From: Eledone cirrhosa
Taxonomy: Eukaryota
Direction of reading: 5' to 3'
NCBI GenBank assembly: GCA_964016885.1
Contig: OZ024745.1
Span: 125,984,001 to 126,048,000 of the forward strand
Length of the DNA: 64,000 nucleotides
The number at the start of each line of letters is the position of its first letter. The first letter of the stretch is position 1. This document shows, in pieces, positions 14,330-27,490 of this stretch. The notes beneath the pieces are model-generated. The model saw nothing but the letters and a program-made list of their open reading frames with translations, was not told the origin of the DNA and made no database searches. Made by a program: the position numbers and the translations under genes.

Positions 14330-14900
14330 GATATGTGCATACTTCCCAATTTCGCATCAACAACTGTGAAGTGTGCATGAGAGCGTAGGAAGTCTACAAG
14401 GTCACATGTGAAAGATGTAGCTCTTCGTGCATCGGAAGTACTATCTGGATGCTGCACATACGGATGAAGAATATCATGACGGGGAGAGCTTCAAAAACAA
14501 CTTGACTGATACTGCAGCCAAGACATTGAGGTCACCATAGTGGCGAGGGAAAGAAATGTAGGAAATGTAAGAATCAAAGAGGCCATTATCATCAACGAGT
14601 AAAGCCACAGATAAATAATTGTTTCTACCTTTGGCACAAGGCCAGCAATTACCCAGTACATTACTGGTACTTTATTTTATCGACCCCGCAAGGATGAAAG
14701 GCAAAGTCAACCTCGGCGGGATTTGAACTCAGATCGTAAAGGGACGTAACTATGCTGGAAAGCATGGTTACGTCCCTTTACGATCTGAGTTCAAATCCCG
14801 CCGAGGTTGACTTTGCCTTTCATCCTTGCGGGGTCGATAAAATAAAGCCACAGATAAATAATAAACTGGAAATGCACAAAGGGGACTAGCTATTACAACG
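14330..14900 (+). pseudogene. Penelope-like GIY-YIG endonuclease remnant interrupted by a SINE
   Basis: From 14392 VYKVTCERCSSSCIGSTIWMLHIRMK (VY.I.C..C...YIG.T.R.L..R pattern); EAIIINE-KPQINNKLE can be rebuilt across the SINE TSD. Confidence 0.7.
14618..14847 (-). mobile_element. SINE with fold-back 5' end
   Basis: About 86-bp inverted arms 14670-14755 / 14762-14847; 20-bp TSD taaagccacagataaataat at 14600 and 14843. Confidence 0.9.
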
Positions 14901-14935
14901 ACCCCACGCATGCGTGTTTCAAACAAAAAGACCAG

Positions 14936-15180
14936 TTAGGAGGGAGGATTTTCCTCTTGAAGCTTAGGTAGACAGATAGATCCCTGGAGATGGTGCAAGT
15001 TTATGCTCCAAACAAGGAGTCCGAATACAGATCCTTCCTTGAGAAAGTCATTGCAGTGTGTATTAGATGTAGTTAAAACTGAGTAATATATGCTGATGAG
15101 AGACTTAAATGTACATATCAGCTCTGACCACCTGACATGGAAAGGAGTGATTGTAAGGAACGGCAACCTTGATCTATATG
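14936..15180 (+). pseudogene. RTE-clade LINE AP-endonuclease fragment
   Basis: SLEMVQVYAPNKESEYRSFLEK...LMRDLNVHISSDHLTWKGVIVRNG matches YAPN and GDFNAHVG.D..TW.GVIGRNG motifs; contains stops and frameshifts. Confidence 0.75.
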
Positions 15181-15409
15181 ATATATAGATGCCTATATGT
15201 CCATATATACACATGTGTAACGTTTGACTAACTTGTTAAACACTGTGATCCGGATGAACCAGCAGAATCGTCGGGTGCGTTCGAAACTGTATAGTTCCAT
15301 TTCAACAGCCGATGAACACAGAATTTTTGTAAAATTATCTGTGACGCATGTGGCTCCACTTTCGTCATATATATATATATATATGTATATATGTATATAT
15401 ATATATGTA

Positions 15410-15490
<81 letters not shown>

Positions 15491-15573
15491 AAAGTGGAAA
15501 TAGCACGGAAAATATATTTAAGGGTCAGTTTGTTTTTTTTTCTTTTCTTTGATTCGACAAAGTGACATTATTG

Positions 15574-15657
<84 letters not shown>

Positions 15658-16796
15658 TATATATATATATATAGATATATATATAGAGATAGATAGATAG
15701 ATATATATATAGATAGTTATATAGATAGATATAAACTTTTTAAACACAGATTTGTGTTGAGAGTGCTGCTGTACTTCGTCTAGGAATGCAGGAGTCTATG
15801 TCTCATCAGGAAGTGAGGTAACTCTGTAGCTGGTTCGACACCTTCCATCGCGACATCAGAGCTACTGAGAGCCGCCCACTGTTATAGGCGACGAAACTCC
15901 TACACAACAGCACAATCTTTGGTGAATCCATCCATACCAGCACATCAGAGCAGCAGGTAATTTAATGGATCTGGTGTTATGACTCCGAGCGAGTTTTTTC
16001 CATCCGCCTCAATTATTAAGGCACATGCTCTGCTTTTAAGGAAACGATTATAGCGTATGTTTTTATTTGCTGAGTTAGTTAAATGCCTGTCATCATTTAT
16101 CAGAAAGGAAATGAAAATCAGAACAAGTTAGAAAAACTTTAAAGCTATTAAAAGACGTGTCCGCAAAAATCCGAGGAAATCTTAAAGATGCATCAAGTAT
16201 TCAGCGTGACGATTAACCCAAGGCTAATATTAGTTCTCTATATTTTAGTAAATACAGGAGACAATTCAGGGCGTATTTCAGCCTTATGAATCAATGATAA
16301 TAATAGGTTTTTTTCTCTCACTGATTATTTAATTGAATTTGAGCTTTTAAATGGTCCATGCATTAAATAGACTTTCCCCCATTTAACTATATTTTAAGAT
16401 GCTGACGCGGCGTCCCAGAATTACATAGTAACTAGACTGGGAGTGACTCTTTAGATTGCGAAAGGCTGTAAAGCTTCTAGTAACCACCCCTAATTTTCAG
16501 ACTAAGAATGTAATAGGGAAAAAAAAGAAATATGCATGTCTACGTGGCATTGAATGTTAAAACGTTTGGGAGCCCCACAGTAGGAATTTTTTTGTTCCCT
16601 TTTAGTAAAGCTTATTTAATTGACGGCAGGGGCACTTTAGCGGAAGTTCTGTAATTGAGTAGGGGAGAGGAAAAATATGTAACTGAAGCATTTTGAGAGG
16701 AAAGGTATGTATGCGTGTAGACACACACATACGTTACGTGTATGTGTGTGTCTAGACGCATACATACACACGCTCACGCACTATATATACACACAT

Positions 16797-16830
<34 letters not shown>

Positions 16831-16956
16831 GTATACATACTTACTTACATAAACACACAGACACTCACACACATAAAAACACATACATCCACACATAGAC
16901 ACATACATACATACATACATGCATACATAAATATATATGTATATATATATATATTC

Positions 16957-17129
<173 letters not shown>

Positions 17130-17249
17130 CATATATACACATTTACGTATACTGATGTGGTCCTATTTGTTTTTTCTGTTACATATTAGCGCTGATAAAT
17201 ATTTAATATCATTCTACTTTGAACTTCTATTTTGGCAAACCATTCATTC

Positions 17250-17358
<109 letters not shown>

Positions 17359-17480
17359 GATGTTGGATGTTAAAAGCGTCCGTATGCGGTAGGCCGTATG
17401 AGCACTCGATGCTCTCATAGATTAAAGTATGATATCACATAAAAAAAGAGAATCAGTGTTGCGACGAATGGAATTTATTA

Positions 17481-17576
17481 GACATATTACAATCGTTTCT
17501 CTGGCGACCAGCTCGAAGCACGATCGATGTGATGATCGAACCTGACTCTGAAAATCGCAAGGTCCTCAGATACGTC
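17481..17576 (-). ncRNA. Type I hammerhead ribozyme (Penelope-like pLTR)
   Basis: Minus strand gacgtat-CTGAGGA-(long stem II gcga...tcgc)-GAAA-CGATTG-TA|atatgtc; 7-bp stem I with one G.U; near-palindromic stem III; aataaa follows. Confidence 0.7.
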
Positions 17577-17604
17577 TTGATTCTACGAAGCAGATTTTCC
17601 TTCG

Positions 17605-17635
<31 letters not shown>

Positions 17636-17636
<1 letters not shown>

Positions 17637-17912
17637 ACGAAGGATGTGTGTAGTAAGGAACCAGATGGACCATAACGCACCAGAGTACTCAATATTTAGG
17701 GTAGTAGAGTGGGTAATAGGAACATGTTTGACGCCGACGTCAGAGCTCAAGCCGTTTCGCCGGCTATTTCTGAGCCTAGAAATAGCAGCGAAACGGCTTG
17801 AGCTCTGCCGTCGGGGTCAAACATTTTCCTATTACCCACTCTACTACCCTAAATATTGAGTACTCTGGTGCGTTATGGTCCATCTGGTGCCTTACTACAC
17901 ACATCCTTCGTT
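17636..17912. mobile_element. 277-bp near-perfect fold-back element flanked by (TA)n
   Basis: Arms aacgaaggatgtgtgtagtaagg...gagctcaagccgtttcgc and its reverse complement; centre gctatttct-gagcct-agaaatagc; relatives at 42802, 43522, 48655 and 56772. Confidence 0.85.
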
Positions 17913-18181
17913 ATATATATATATATGTTGCCGAAATGGCTAAATTTGTATGGTAGATGATGCTTATGATGATCATCATCATCATCACCATAACAATGTT
18001 GATCAGCTGAAATAATTGAAGATTCTCTGCGCTTATTAAATAGTTTCCAGTCGACCTACTTCCAGCATGAGTTCTTTCATCTTGAATGTCTATGTACGTC
18101 TACATATATATACAGATACATATATACACCCATCACACCCATACATGCATACATACATACATACATACATACATACATACA

Positions 18182-18213
<32 letters not shown>

Positions 18214-18502
18214 CAAATATATATATATATATGTACATACATACATACATATATCTATCTATGTTGTATGTATGAATGTATGTGTGTGGGTGTATATATG
18301 TACCTGTGTATATATATATATATGTGTTTGTATTTGTGTGTATGTGTATGACTCCATATTGTTGGGGTGGGTGGCGACGTTGGATGCACTAGTTACCCTG
18401 GTCGGATGTCTATGTTTATGTAACCCATAAGGGGGTAATAATTTCGCCATTCCTAAACCCGAGTACCCTCGTTCGTTTTGAAGGTTATTAAGATCCCGTC
18501 GG

Positions 18503-18550
18503 TTACTACTACTACTTCTACTACTACTAATAATAATACTTCTGCTGCTG

Positions 18551-18602
<52 letters not shown>

Positions 18603-18618
18603 AACTACTACTACTACT
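18503..18618. repeat. (TAC)n microsatellite
   Basis: Direct reading. Confidence 0.9.
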
Positions 18619-19247
18619 CTAGTCGGCATAACATTTAAAGTCCCCCTTAATTCATACCCGTCTATATTTAAAATTAGCGAAGGACATATTACGTATTGCA
18701 GCCATAAGCAAGTTATGCCCTACAAAATGAACAATATAATTGCGACTGGAATAAGTTTACGTTGTTGTTTGTCCTGTTAGAAACAACAGCTAAATCGCTC
18801 TTAAAACACACCTTATTGTCTTTGGTAAAGTGTAACATTTAATTGTGCAGTCTTAGATACATCGTCTGAAAAAGGAAAGAAAATATGATAGGATGAGTTA
18901 CTTTTATTGTAGTCCTTCTTGATCAGATTATCCTAGGTCTAAATATCTACAAAAATTCGACTAAGACATCATATGTTTCAAGAAAGTAGTAAATCCAAAT
19001 GTCCGCCAGGGGCGTGTGGAGGCCAGAGCGTGGGACCCCATTTTCTCAGAGATGGGGAGGGTGAGAGAGATGGGGGCCAAAAAGTTGATTAAGTTTTTAT
19101 CTATTGAAAGTTGATAAGTTTTTTTAGTATATGTTTAGATGTTAATTATTTCAATACAGTTTCTAGAAACGATTGCCCTCCTCCAGCAATGTCATTTATA
19201 CAAAAACTAGTCTTGCTATGAATATAGAGAATCCCTCTGCTATTGTC

Positions 19248-19282
<35 letters not shown>

Positions 19283-19726
19283 CAACAGAAAGAATATTGG
19301 TGGAACAATACCATCAAAATGTCCGCCAATTGCAAACCTAACCTACAGCCCTCATAGCGTTGTTTCGAAAATAAAATAAATATTATTTACTGGCCATAGA
19401 GATAGGTTTCCCGGTAGATGTGATAATTTCTTTCAAAATGATCAATAAGAAAATAAATTGATTACGGACAAATGCTTCGAAGCCTTCAACTTCTGTACTC
19501 AAAGTAAAAATTCACAATTTTACGAATAATTATTTGTGCATTATTCAAATTTCTACGACGGGCGTATATTTCATTGTTAGAAAACAGCCCTTCCTTTCAA
19601 AATAGAAACACATAGATAGATAGATAGATAGATACATACATACATACATACATACATACATACATACATACATACATACATACATACATGGCTAAATTTC
19701 AAAAGAAAAGAAAACGGACATACATA

Positions 19727-20255
19727 CATATATGTAAAACGTTCCAAATATTCTGCATCTAATAATTGTACAGATACAAAGCATATGCACATGTACACAT
19801 ACAACTCAAAACATCCACATCCACAAATACAATAACATCCATATCTACACATGTATACATGCAGACATGCAGACCTATGTACCTAGTTGATGTGTAAATT
19901 CCAATGAGAGAGTCGTGTATCTATGTTAGAAACCGACTCTCCCTCTATTGGTAAACATTTATAAAATTGTAAAACCAGAACATACATACAAGTACAATCA
20001 ATTAATAGAACTGTAAAAATATGTAAAACATTCTAAAAATTCTTGAAGTAATAACTACATATAAATATGTATAGATACAAAACATATAGACGTGTACACA
20101 AAGCATACAGAACCTCACGTACAATAACATCCATACCAGTACACACATTCATACATATATTTTACCTTGTTGATGTTGTCTAAATCCCAATGAAAGAGCA
20201 TTGTGCCTATGTTAGAAGCCGGCTCTCTCTCTCTATGGGAAATTTTATAAAATAA
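19727..20255 (+). mobile_element. Two tandem 3' fragments of R4/Dong-like family A
   Basis: Both carry atatgtaaaac(g/a)ttc...tatgttagaa(a/g)ccg..ct...ctctat as at 2460-2722; separated and flanked by catacatac. Confidence 0.75.
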
Positions 20256-20630
20256 TATGTTTCTACTTTTGGCACAAGGCACAGTAAATACCCCAGTGCA
20301 TTACTGGTGCTTTATCTTATCAACCCCGTAAGGATGAAAGGCAAAGTTGACCTTGACGGGATTTGAACTCAGACCATAAAGAGTCGTAACTCTATGCTGC
20401 AAATCATGGCGTCCGACCCTCTGCCGATACTGCTAATTCACCACAATTTTATAAAATAATTGTTTTATAAAATAATTGTTTCTACTTTTGGCACAAGGCC
20501 AGCAATTACTGGTACTTTATATTATCGACCCCATATGGATGAAAGGCAAAGTTAACCTCGGCGGGATTTGAACTCAGATCGTAAAGGAACGTAACTATGC
20601 TGGAAATCATATCCGACCTTCTACCGATGA
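20255..20630 (-). mobile_element. Two Meta-like SINEs inserted at the same site
   Basis: ttttataaaataat occurs three times (about 20243, 20447, 20463), bracketing the copies. Confidence 0.85.
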
Positions 20631-20663
20631 AGCTAGAACATACATACGTACATACATACATAC

Positions 20664-20923
20664 ACCTTCAGCTTCATACCCATCATTATTGGAGCTACAT
20701 GTTATATACCCACCCGCTTCGACCAAAGTATGACTGAACTTGGATTTGTGTGACAAAGAGCGCTGCTCCCTAATTCATAGACTACAAATGGCTGCGATAG
20801 CTGGCACCTTCAAAGTTTGCAAAACATTCTAGCGATTCAAGGGAATTCCTTTTCTTTTACAACCTTGCCACCAGGAAGGTGGGCGGTTAAAAATGTACTC
20901 GAAATTAAGAAAAGGAGAAACAA
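20664..20923 (+). mobile_element. 5'-truncated R4/Dong-like family B copy in (CATA)n
   Basis: Close match to 3488-3751; CATA repeats on both sides. Confidence 0.8.
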
Positions 20924-21127
20924 ACATACATACATACACACAAGACGATGTAATACAATATAATACAATAGAATATAATACAACACAATACATACAATAA
21001 AATACAATAGGTACATTCATATGAAAATGAAATACAAAAAATATTGCCACATAGAGATGGTCAGAAAAGATAATTTATTTAATCTAACGAATTTAATCAA
21101 ACACGCCTTAACTAAAAGTTAGTTCCA

Positions 21128-21166
<39 letters not shown>

Positions 21167-21761
21167 CAGATTTATATATACAACACACACACACGCACAC
21201 ACACTTATATATATATATGCATGCATATACGCATAGATAAATACATATACGTACGTATTCATATATAGTTATGTATGCATTCGTTGTGTATACGTGCATA
21301 TGAAAATAAGCGCGACAAAATCTGCTATGTTAATTATTCTGGTTTAAAAATTAATACATACGAGATAAATTAATCCTCAATTTAATATGCTAGGAAAAGG
21401 GACAAGGTGGTCATAGCTTGCATGAAGAGAAAACGATAAAAAGTATACTAGGAGCACAATAGTAATCAAACAAATGTAAGGCCAAAGACTGGACGTTAGA
21501 GAGTTCGCCTGAAATCTATGATTACACAAAGTACGCCACAACCTCTAAAATTTATATAATATTTACAGAAATGCAACGTGCTGCGTGGGCAGGATGGTTC
21601 CTCGGTGATGTTCTTGAATGTCACTACAAATTCTAACAATTATACTGTCTATGCTATTGTTTCACAGGACAATAGCAAAGTATAATCTTTAGTTATGTGT
21701 TTAGTGCGCTAGTCTATCTGTTGGTCATGAGTTTAACTCTTAGGCTAATGTATCTCTCTCT

Positions 21762-21810
<49 letters not shown>

Positions 21811-23138
21811 CTTGTATATAGTCTAAGTGAAACAATCATTGAGCATCACAAGTTAACTAATGAACAAATACGTGCATACATAGACAATGGAATGAGAACA
21901 ATTTGCTTCCATATTTTAAATAAAGGATTCGGTTTGAAATTATAGGAAGTTGACCGAATACAACAGCCACCCGAAGAAGTTTGTACATTTACAACGTCCG
22001 AAATATGATTATAATAACGACGAGGACATTACTCCTAACCAATCAATTTGTAATGTTGAAGATGCTAGTTGTGTTTTGTGCATGGGATTGGCTGGGTGAT
22101 GTAGCTTTTCTTGTTATATGTAGTGGGTGTCTTTGTGGTGTTAAAAGAAACAAAATTAGCATGGCCCCATTAAAGTTTAATTTCGATATTTCTGTTCATA
22201 GGGGTCAATGTAAGTTTATGACGATGAGTCTATGGTGAACGTAGGCACGGAGAGTTGCTTGGGTGCAAAAAGTTAGGGAAATGTGTAAGGAGGTATTATA
22301 TACGAGTGGGGATGGATGGAGATGACGGCAAGTAGGTTATTAATGGATAAGGATTAGTGTCAGGGAACAACGCTGAATCTTGAGGTGCACCATAGTTGAT
22401 AGTGTGTGGGTTACACAATAATCCATCAGCGTATGTTTCTATCAGACGTTGCTACGAGCTTTACAAGAAGCGCTATAAATGAACGAAAATAGAAAGATAA
22501 TGGTGAAAGTATATGTCGAAACATTAAATCAAAGTTCAGTTCGAACAAATACCTGTCGTTGTTCTTTAGAAAAGAATTGGAAATAGCGGTATTTGTAGCG
22601 GCCAAGGTTTATTTTATGGCAGGATAGCAGTATAGGCAGAAGTCTCAGATGAGTCTGAATCGAGGTGACATATAACTTGATATAAAGATAGAATAGACAG
22701 AAAGGAGACAGAGTATCAGTGAACTGCAGATTTAAATGTTTAGGCGAGTAACTCTTTGTTAATCAGATGGGTGGCTTCGGTCTTCTTTTACATGCCATCT
22801 AAGATATTTGTGTGCGTAGCAGCAGATGTGAAAGCTGTGTAAAATAGCAGATACGTTAGAAAGAAGCAACGAATACATGAAGTAGATTTTCGGTAAACAT
22901 TTTTTAAAAGTCTTCTCTAAACCACGTTTTACAATATGTTTACTGACAAAGTATTCTGACTTTGCCAATTGCCCGAATTTATAATGATGTTCTGACAGCT
23001 ATTTACTTTTTCACTGTACGGCTTTAGATAAAAACAGATGGCTCTCCTCTCTCCTATAGCTGTATTTACAATGCTTTATTGGTATACACTACTCATGGAA
23101 GTACTTGAAAACTATGTGATTGCTTCACTATATATATA

Positions 23139-23182
<44 letters not shown>

Positions 23183-23271
23183 CATATGTATATATATATT
23201 TCGTTTTTCTTCTCATATATATTATATACATATTATATATATAAATACATGCAAACATACATATATATACA

Positions 23272-23398
<127 letters not shown>

Positions 23399-23557
23399 CA
23401 GATTATATATATATATATATTATATATATATATATATATTATATATATATATATATATATACATGCATATATATATACACATGCATACATATATATATAT
23501 ATATATACAATCATACATACATATATTTATATATATATATATATACATATATACATG

Positions 23558-23638
<81 letters not shown>

Positions 23639-24377
23639 TAATATTTTACGATTCGGTTATTGCTCCTGTAATTGTCTTTTCTTCAATGATATTATTTCTA
23701 ATGATCCGTTTGTTCTCTTATACCAGTCGGGTAACTTAACTTGTCTGGTCGAAATGTAAGCAATATGGTTGCTTTTAACGATTTTAATCTAAACATTTAT
23801 TATAAGAACTGCAGTCTAGTTCTATATTAATGCACAGTGCTCAATAAAGATAATGTTTCTATTGTGAGCAATTATTTTCTTTTGTTCAATTTATTTTTCG
23901 CTTTTATTTTTCAAACGATAGTATTTCTCTTACTTTCCGCGTGTTTTCATTGGAAGAAAATTAATTTCTGTATGTTTTTTAAGATGCTGTAACCAAAACA
24001 ATTCCTCAAAAATCGTACTTTTCCCCGCTGTTCTTAAAATAATTTTCGTGAGACGAACAATTCAGATGTTTCTACACCAAGCGTTAAATAAGCTCACTGT
24101 GTGTCGGTCCCATTGTAATATAAGTGCCAGCCATCTTCTAATATTAACAAAGAACAGCAATTGTGGATTTTATCATCATCATCATCATTGTTATTATTAT
24201 TGTTATTATTATATTCTTGTAGTCTCAGTCATTGATGTTATTTAACTGGAAAGTTTGTTCAAATGAACATCACGCCGCTACCTGCAGTTTCAGATATTCA
24301 GGACGTATCGGAGGGTTCTTGCTGTCCCCAGCAAGCATGCCTTTGTTATTATTATTATTATTATCATTATTATTATT

Positions 24378-24595
24378 GGACAGTGGATTGGCAGTGTCGG
24401 AAGAGCGTTGGATAATATGCTTTGCAGCATAGAGTTACAGCCCTTTATTATCTGAGTTCAAATCCCGCCGAGGTTAACTTTGCCTTTCATCCTTACGGAG
24501 TCGATAAAATAAAGCACCAGTAACGTACTGAGGTCGATTTAATCGACTTTCCCCTCCCCCCAAATTACTGGCCTTGTGCCTATATGAGAAACCAT
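24378..24595 (+). mobile_element. Meta-like SINE (long variant) inside (TTA)n
   Basis: Consensus match with (TTA)n on both sides. Confidence 0.85.
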
Positions 24596-24770
24596 TATTA
24601 TTATTATTATTATTGTTATTATTTTTTCATTGTTCTAATATTACATCATTTGTTTTTTTGGTTTTTTACACGCAGAAATGCCCTTTTGTACCGTCCTGAA
24701 TTGTCCTGTACTGTCCTTAATGTCTACTTTGTGTAGACCCTTGTGGTTAATAAAGAAAGCATTATTATTA

Positions 24771-24899
24771 TTTTCAAGTACGGGAGGTGGTTGATGCTCC
24801 CACCAATTCTTTTGATGGGGCAGGTCAAAATGCTTACACATTATCCAATGTATGTATTGTGCAGCTCTGTCGTGCCTGTTTAGGTATTCGGTTGGAGCT
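24771..24899 (-). pseudogene. Internal fragment of an R4/Dong-clade ORF flanked by (TTA)n
   Basis: APTEYLNRHDRAAQYIHWIMCKHFDLPHQKNWWEHQPPPVLEN matches the Y..RHD....IHW.LCK...WY.H.P..V.EN motif between the zinc knuckle and the endonuclease. Confidence 0.8.
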
Positions 24900-24900
24900 A

Positions 24901-24948
<48 letters not shown>

Positions 24949-25613
24949 CATTATTATCGTTATTATCTTATTGTTGTTGTAACGAAATGGGTATAGGAAA
25001 TGTATAATATCAACAGGGGCTGTTTTTGGCAACTTCAAAGTTCTTACTTTCGCAAATGATCATTCAACAGATGTGTAAATACAGGAAGCTGGGTGAAAGT
25101 AAAATATGGATTGTAAACAGCGAATGCCGTGACTGGAAAAGAGGAAAACCAATGGTGTATATGGCTACCTAGTAAAATCAGTTGGTCAGAACTTTAGGGA
25201 AAATATACATAATGCGATATAGGTGTATGGATAGAATTGATCTTTAAGGCAACTGGTCAAAGCAATGGACATGTTTTGGCCTCATTAGATCTCATCAGCG
25301 AAGTATATTCTATTCAGTTGTCAAACCAAGAAAGATGTCTCAGTTACCTTAAAGATGGAACCCACTCACATGCTACATTTTCTATATTTTCCAAAATTGT
25401 ATTACTTGATTTTATTGTAGTTATATGTAGTGACGCGAGTTTCACTATTGATCAGCTCAAGGTTCGATCTGTATCGATCTAGCCCGACTCCATAATCAAT
25501 GGCTCGTCGGGCCTCTGTAGTAGTAATTACTACTGATCAATTACTAGCCGAGCAAGAGCGAATCGCGCGTCACCAACCAATAAAAGTAATGAAGGAGTAA
25601 CCACTTGTTTTAT

Positions 25614-25648
<35 letters not shown>

Positions 25649-25715
25649 TTAGTAGTAATAGTTTGGTAAACATATCCAATGTGTAGAGCACTCAGTCCAT
25701 GACATAAGATTTAAT

Positions 25716-25896
25716 AATTGTTTCTACTTTTTGAACAAGGTCAGCAATTACCCAGTGCATTATTGGTACTTCATTTTATCGACCCCGTAAAGATGAAAAG
25801 CAAAGATAACCTTGGCCGGATTTGAACTCAGAATGGCAAAGCATGCGTCAAAGCATGGCGTCCGACCCTCTACCGATACTGCCAATCCACCGCCCG
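25716..25896 (-). mobile_element. Meta-like SINE
   Basis: Consensus match; TSD atttaataat. Confidence 0.85.
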
Positions 25897-26783
25897 ATAG
25901 AATTTAATAATACAACGAAGACATAATACGGAGAAACACAGGGACACGCGATTCGTTGAGCGATCCCAACTTCTTCAACGAAAAAGAAAGGAACTTCAGG
26001 TAGGAAAAAAACATTGACGAGTTCTGAGTTTTAAGGAGAAGTAATTTACTAAGAAATAAAATCACAGAGAGGTTATTTATCGTATAAAATCAAGTGGGTG
26101 ATATATTTATGTTTGACGGGCACACGAGAAGAAGGACGTGTTTTTTGCCTGCGGCATATCACAAAATAGGATTTTCATCTGAATATATCGTTCTCATAGC
26201 AACAACAAATGCATAAATTACATCATGGTTTGCATAAGAGAACCGTTAAAATAATTATTATGAATAAATGATTTATGGATCATCAGCATCTTTCTTAGCT
26301 GTTTATACTATATGTTAATATACAATAGACCTATGGTAGCCTCGCTATCAAAGATACATTTTTTCTCCTGTCTATTTTTTCTAAGAATGCCAGAGAGCAC
26401 TGTTTCAAGATTAGTTAATCATTCATCGATGACATTCACTTAACAGGTACTGACATCTAAGTAGATTAACGGCGATATTGATTTTGTGTAAATGTTCTGA
26501 AGATGCTCATTTGAATATAGCAAACAGAAAACATCGATTGGATATGCTCATTTGCATATAGTGTGAAGATGACTGGTTATAATTAATTGGCAGTAGCAAT
26601 AAAACAGCGTTTACGCTTAATTGGGGTGTACCAGAAGTCATATACATTATGTTTATATACCATAAATATATGTTAGCCTCACTATCAAAGAAAAAATATT
26701 TCTTCGTTTATTGTATATAAACATATAGTAGATGCTTTATACAAACCCATTAGGTTTAAACGCAGTCTTAGTGCCACTGTCAG

Positions 26784-26872
<89 letters not shown>

Positions 26873-26915
26873 AACTATATTTACCTATATACGATCTCAC
26901 TTCAAAGATCATACA

Positions 26916-26969
<54 letters not shown>

Positions 26970-27272
26970 CATACAATTATGTAAAGCCACAATTTTTGCG
27001 CAATCACACATATATATGCACATATATTGTATGTATATATGTTCCTGTATGTGTCTTTATCTATGGATGTATGTGTGTGTGTGAGCCTATATATATAATT
27101 GTATACACCATACACATCCATTGCTGATCAAAGCAAATACTGGAAGTAGATTAATACAGTAAAAAAGTGAAAATGTAAAAAGCTTGTTGTAAATTTAAGT
27201 AGTTTCCACCCAAACGTTGGCATCAAACGAATAAGAACACATTGGAAATCTCTGCACATTCACTATCATAAT

Positions 27273-27333
<61 letters not shown>

Positions 27334-27490
27334 AGCTTACTTCCCAGCTATGCTGTGGGGGTTCCATCCCACTGCGCTTCCTTTGCTGAAGCTCAGAAAA
27401 ATTTCGTAGGTTTTTCCATTCCTCTCCTGACTAAGCGATAAAAATAAAACAATAATAAACACAGGCACGTACACAAAGACACATACAATA

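Noticed and set aside
15735-15815. Hammerhead-like CTGATGA on the minus strand (similar cases at 23698 and 25290)
   Set aside because: GAAA, stem I or stem III are decayed; not called as ribozymes.
21930-23100. Possible degenerate Penelope-like body
   Set aside because: Only a decayed ccgaagaag...cgaaa motif; coding similarity too weak to call.
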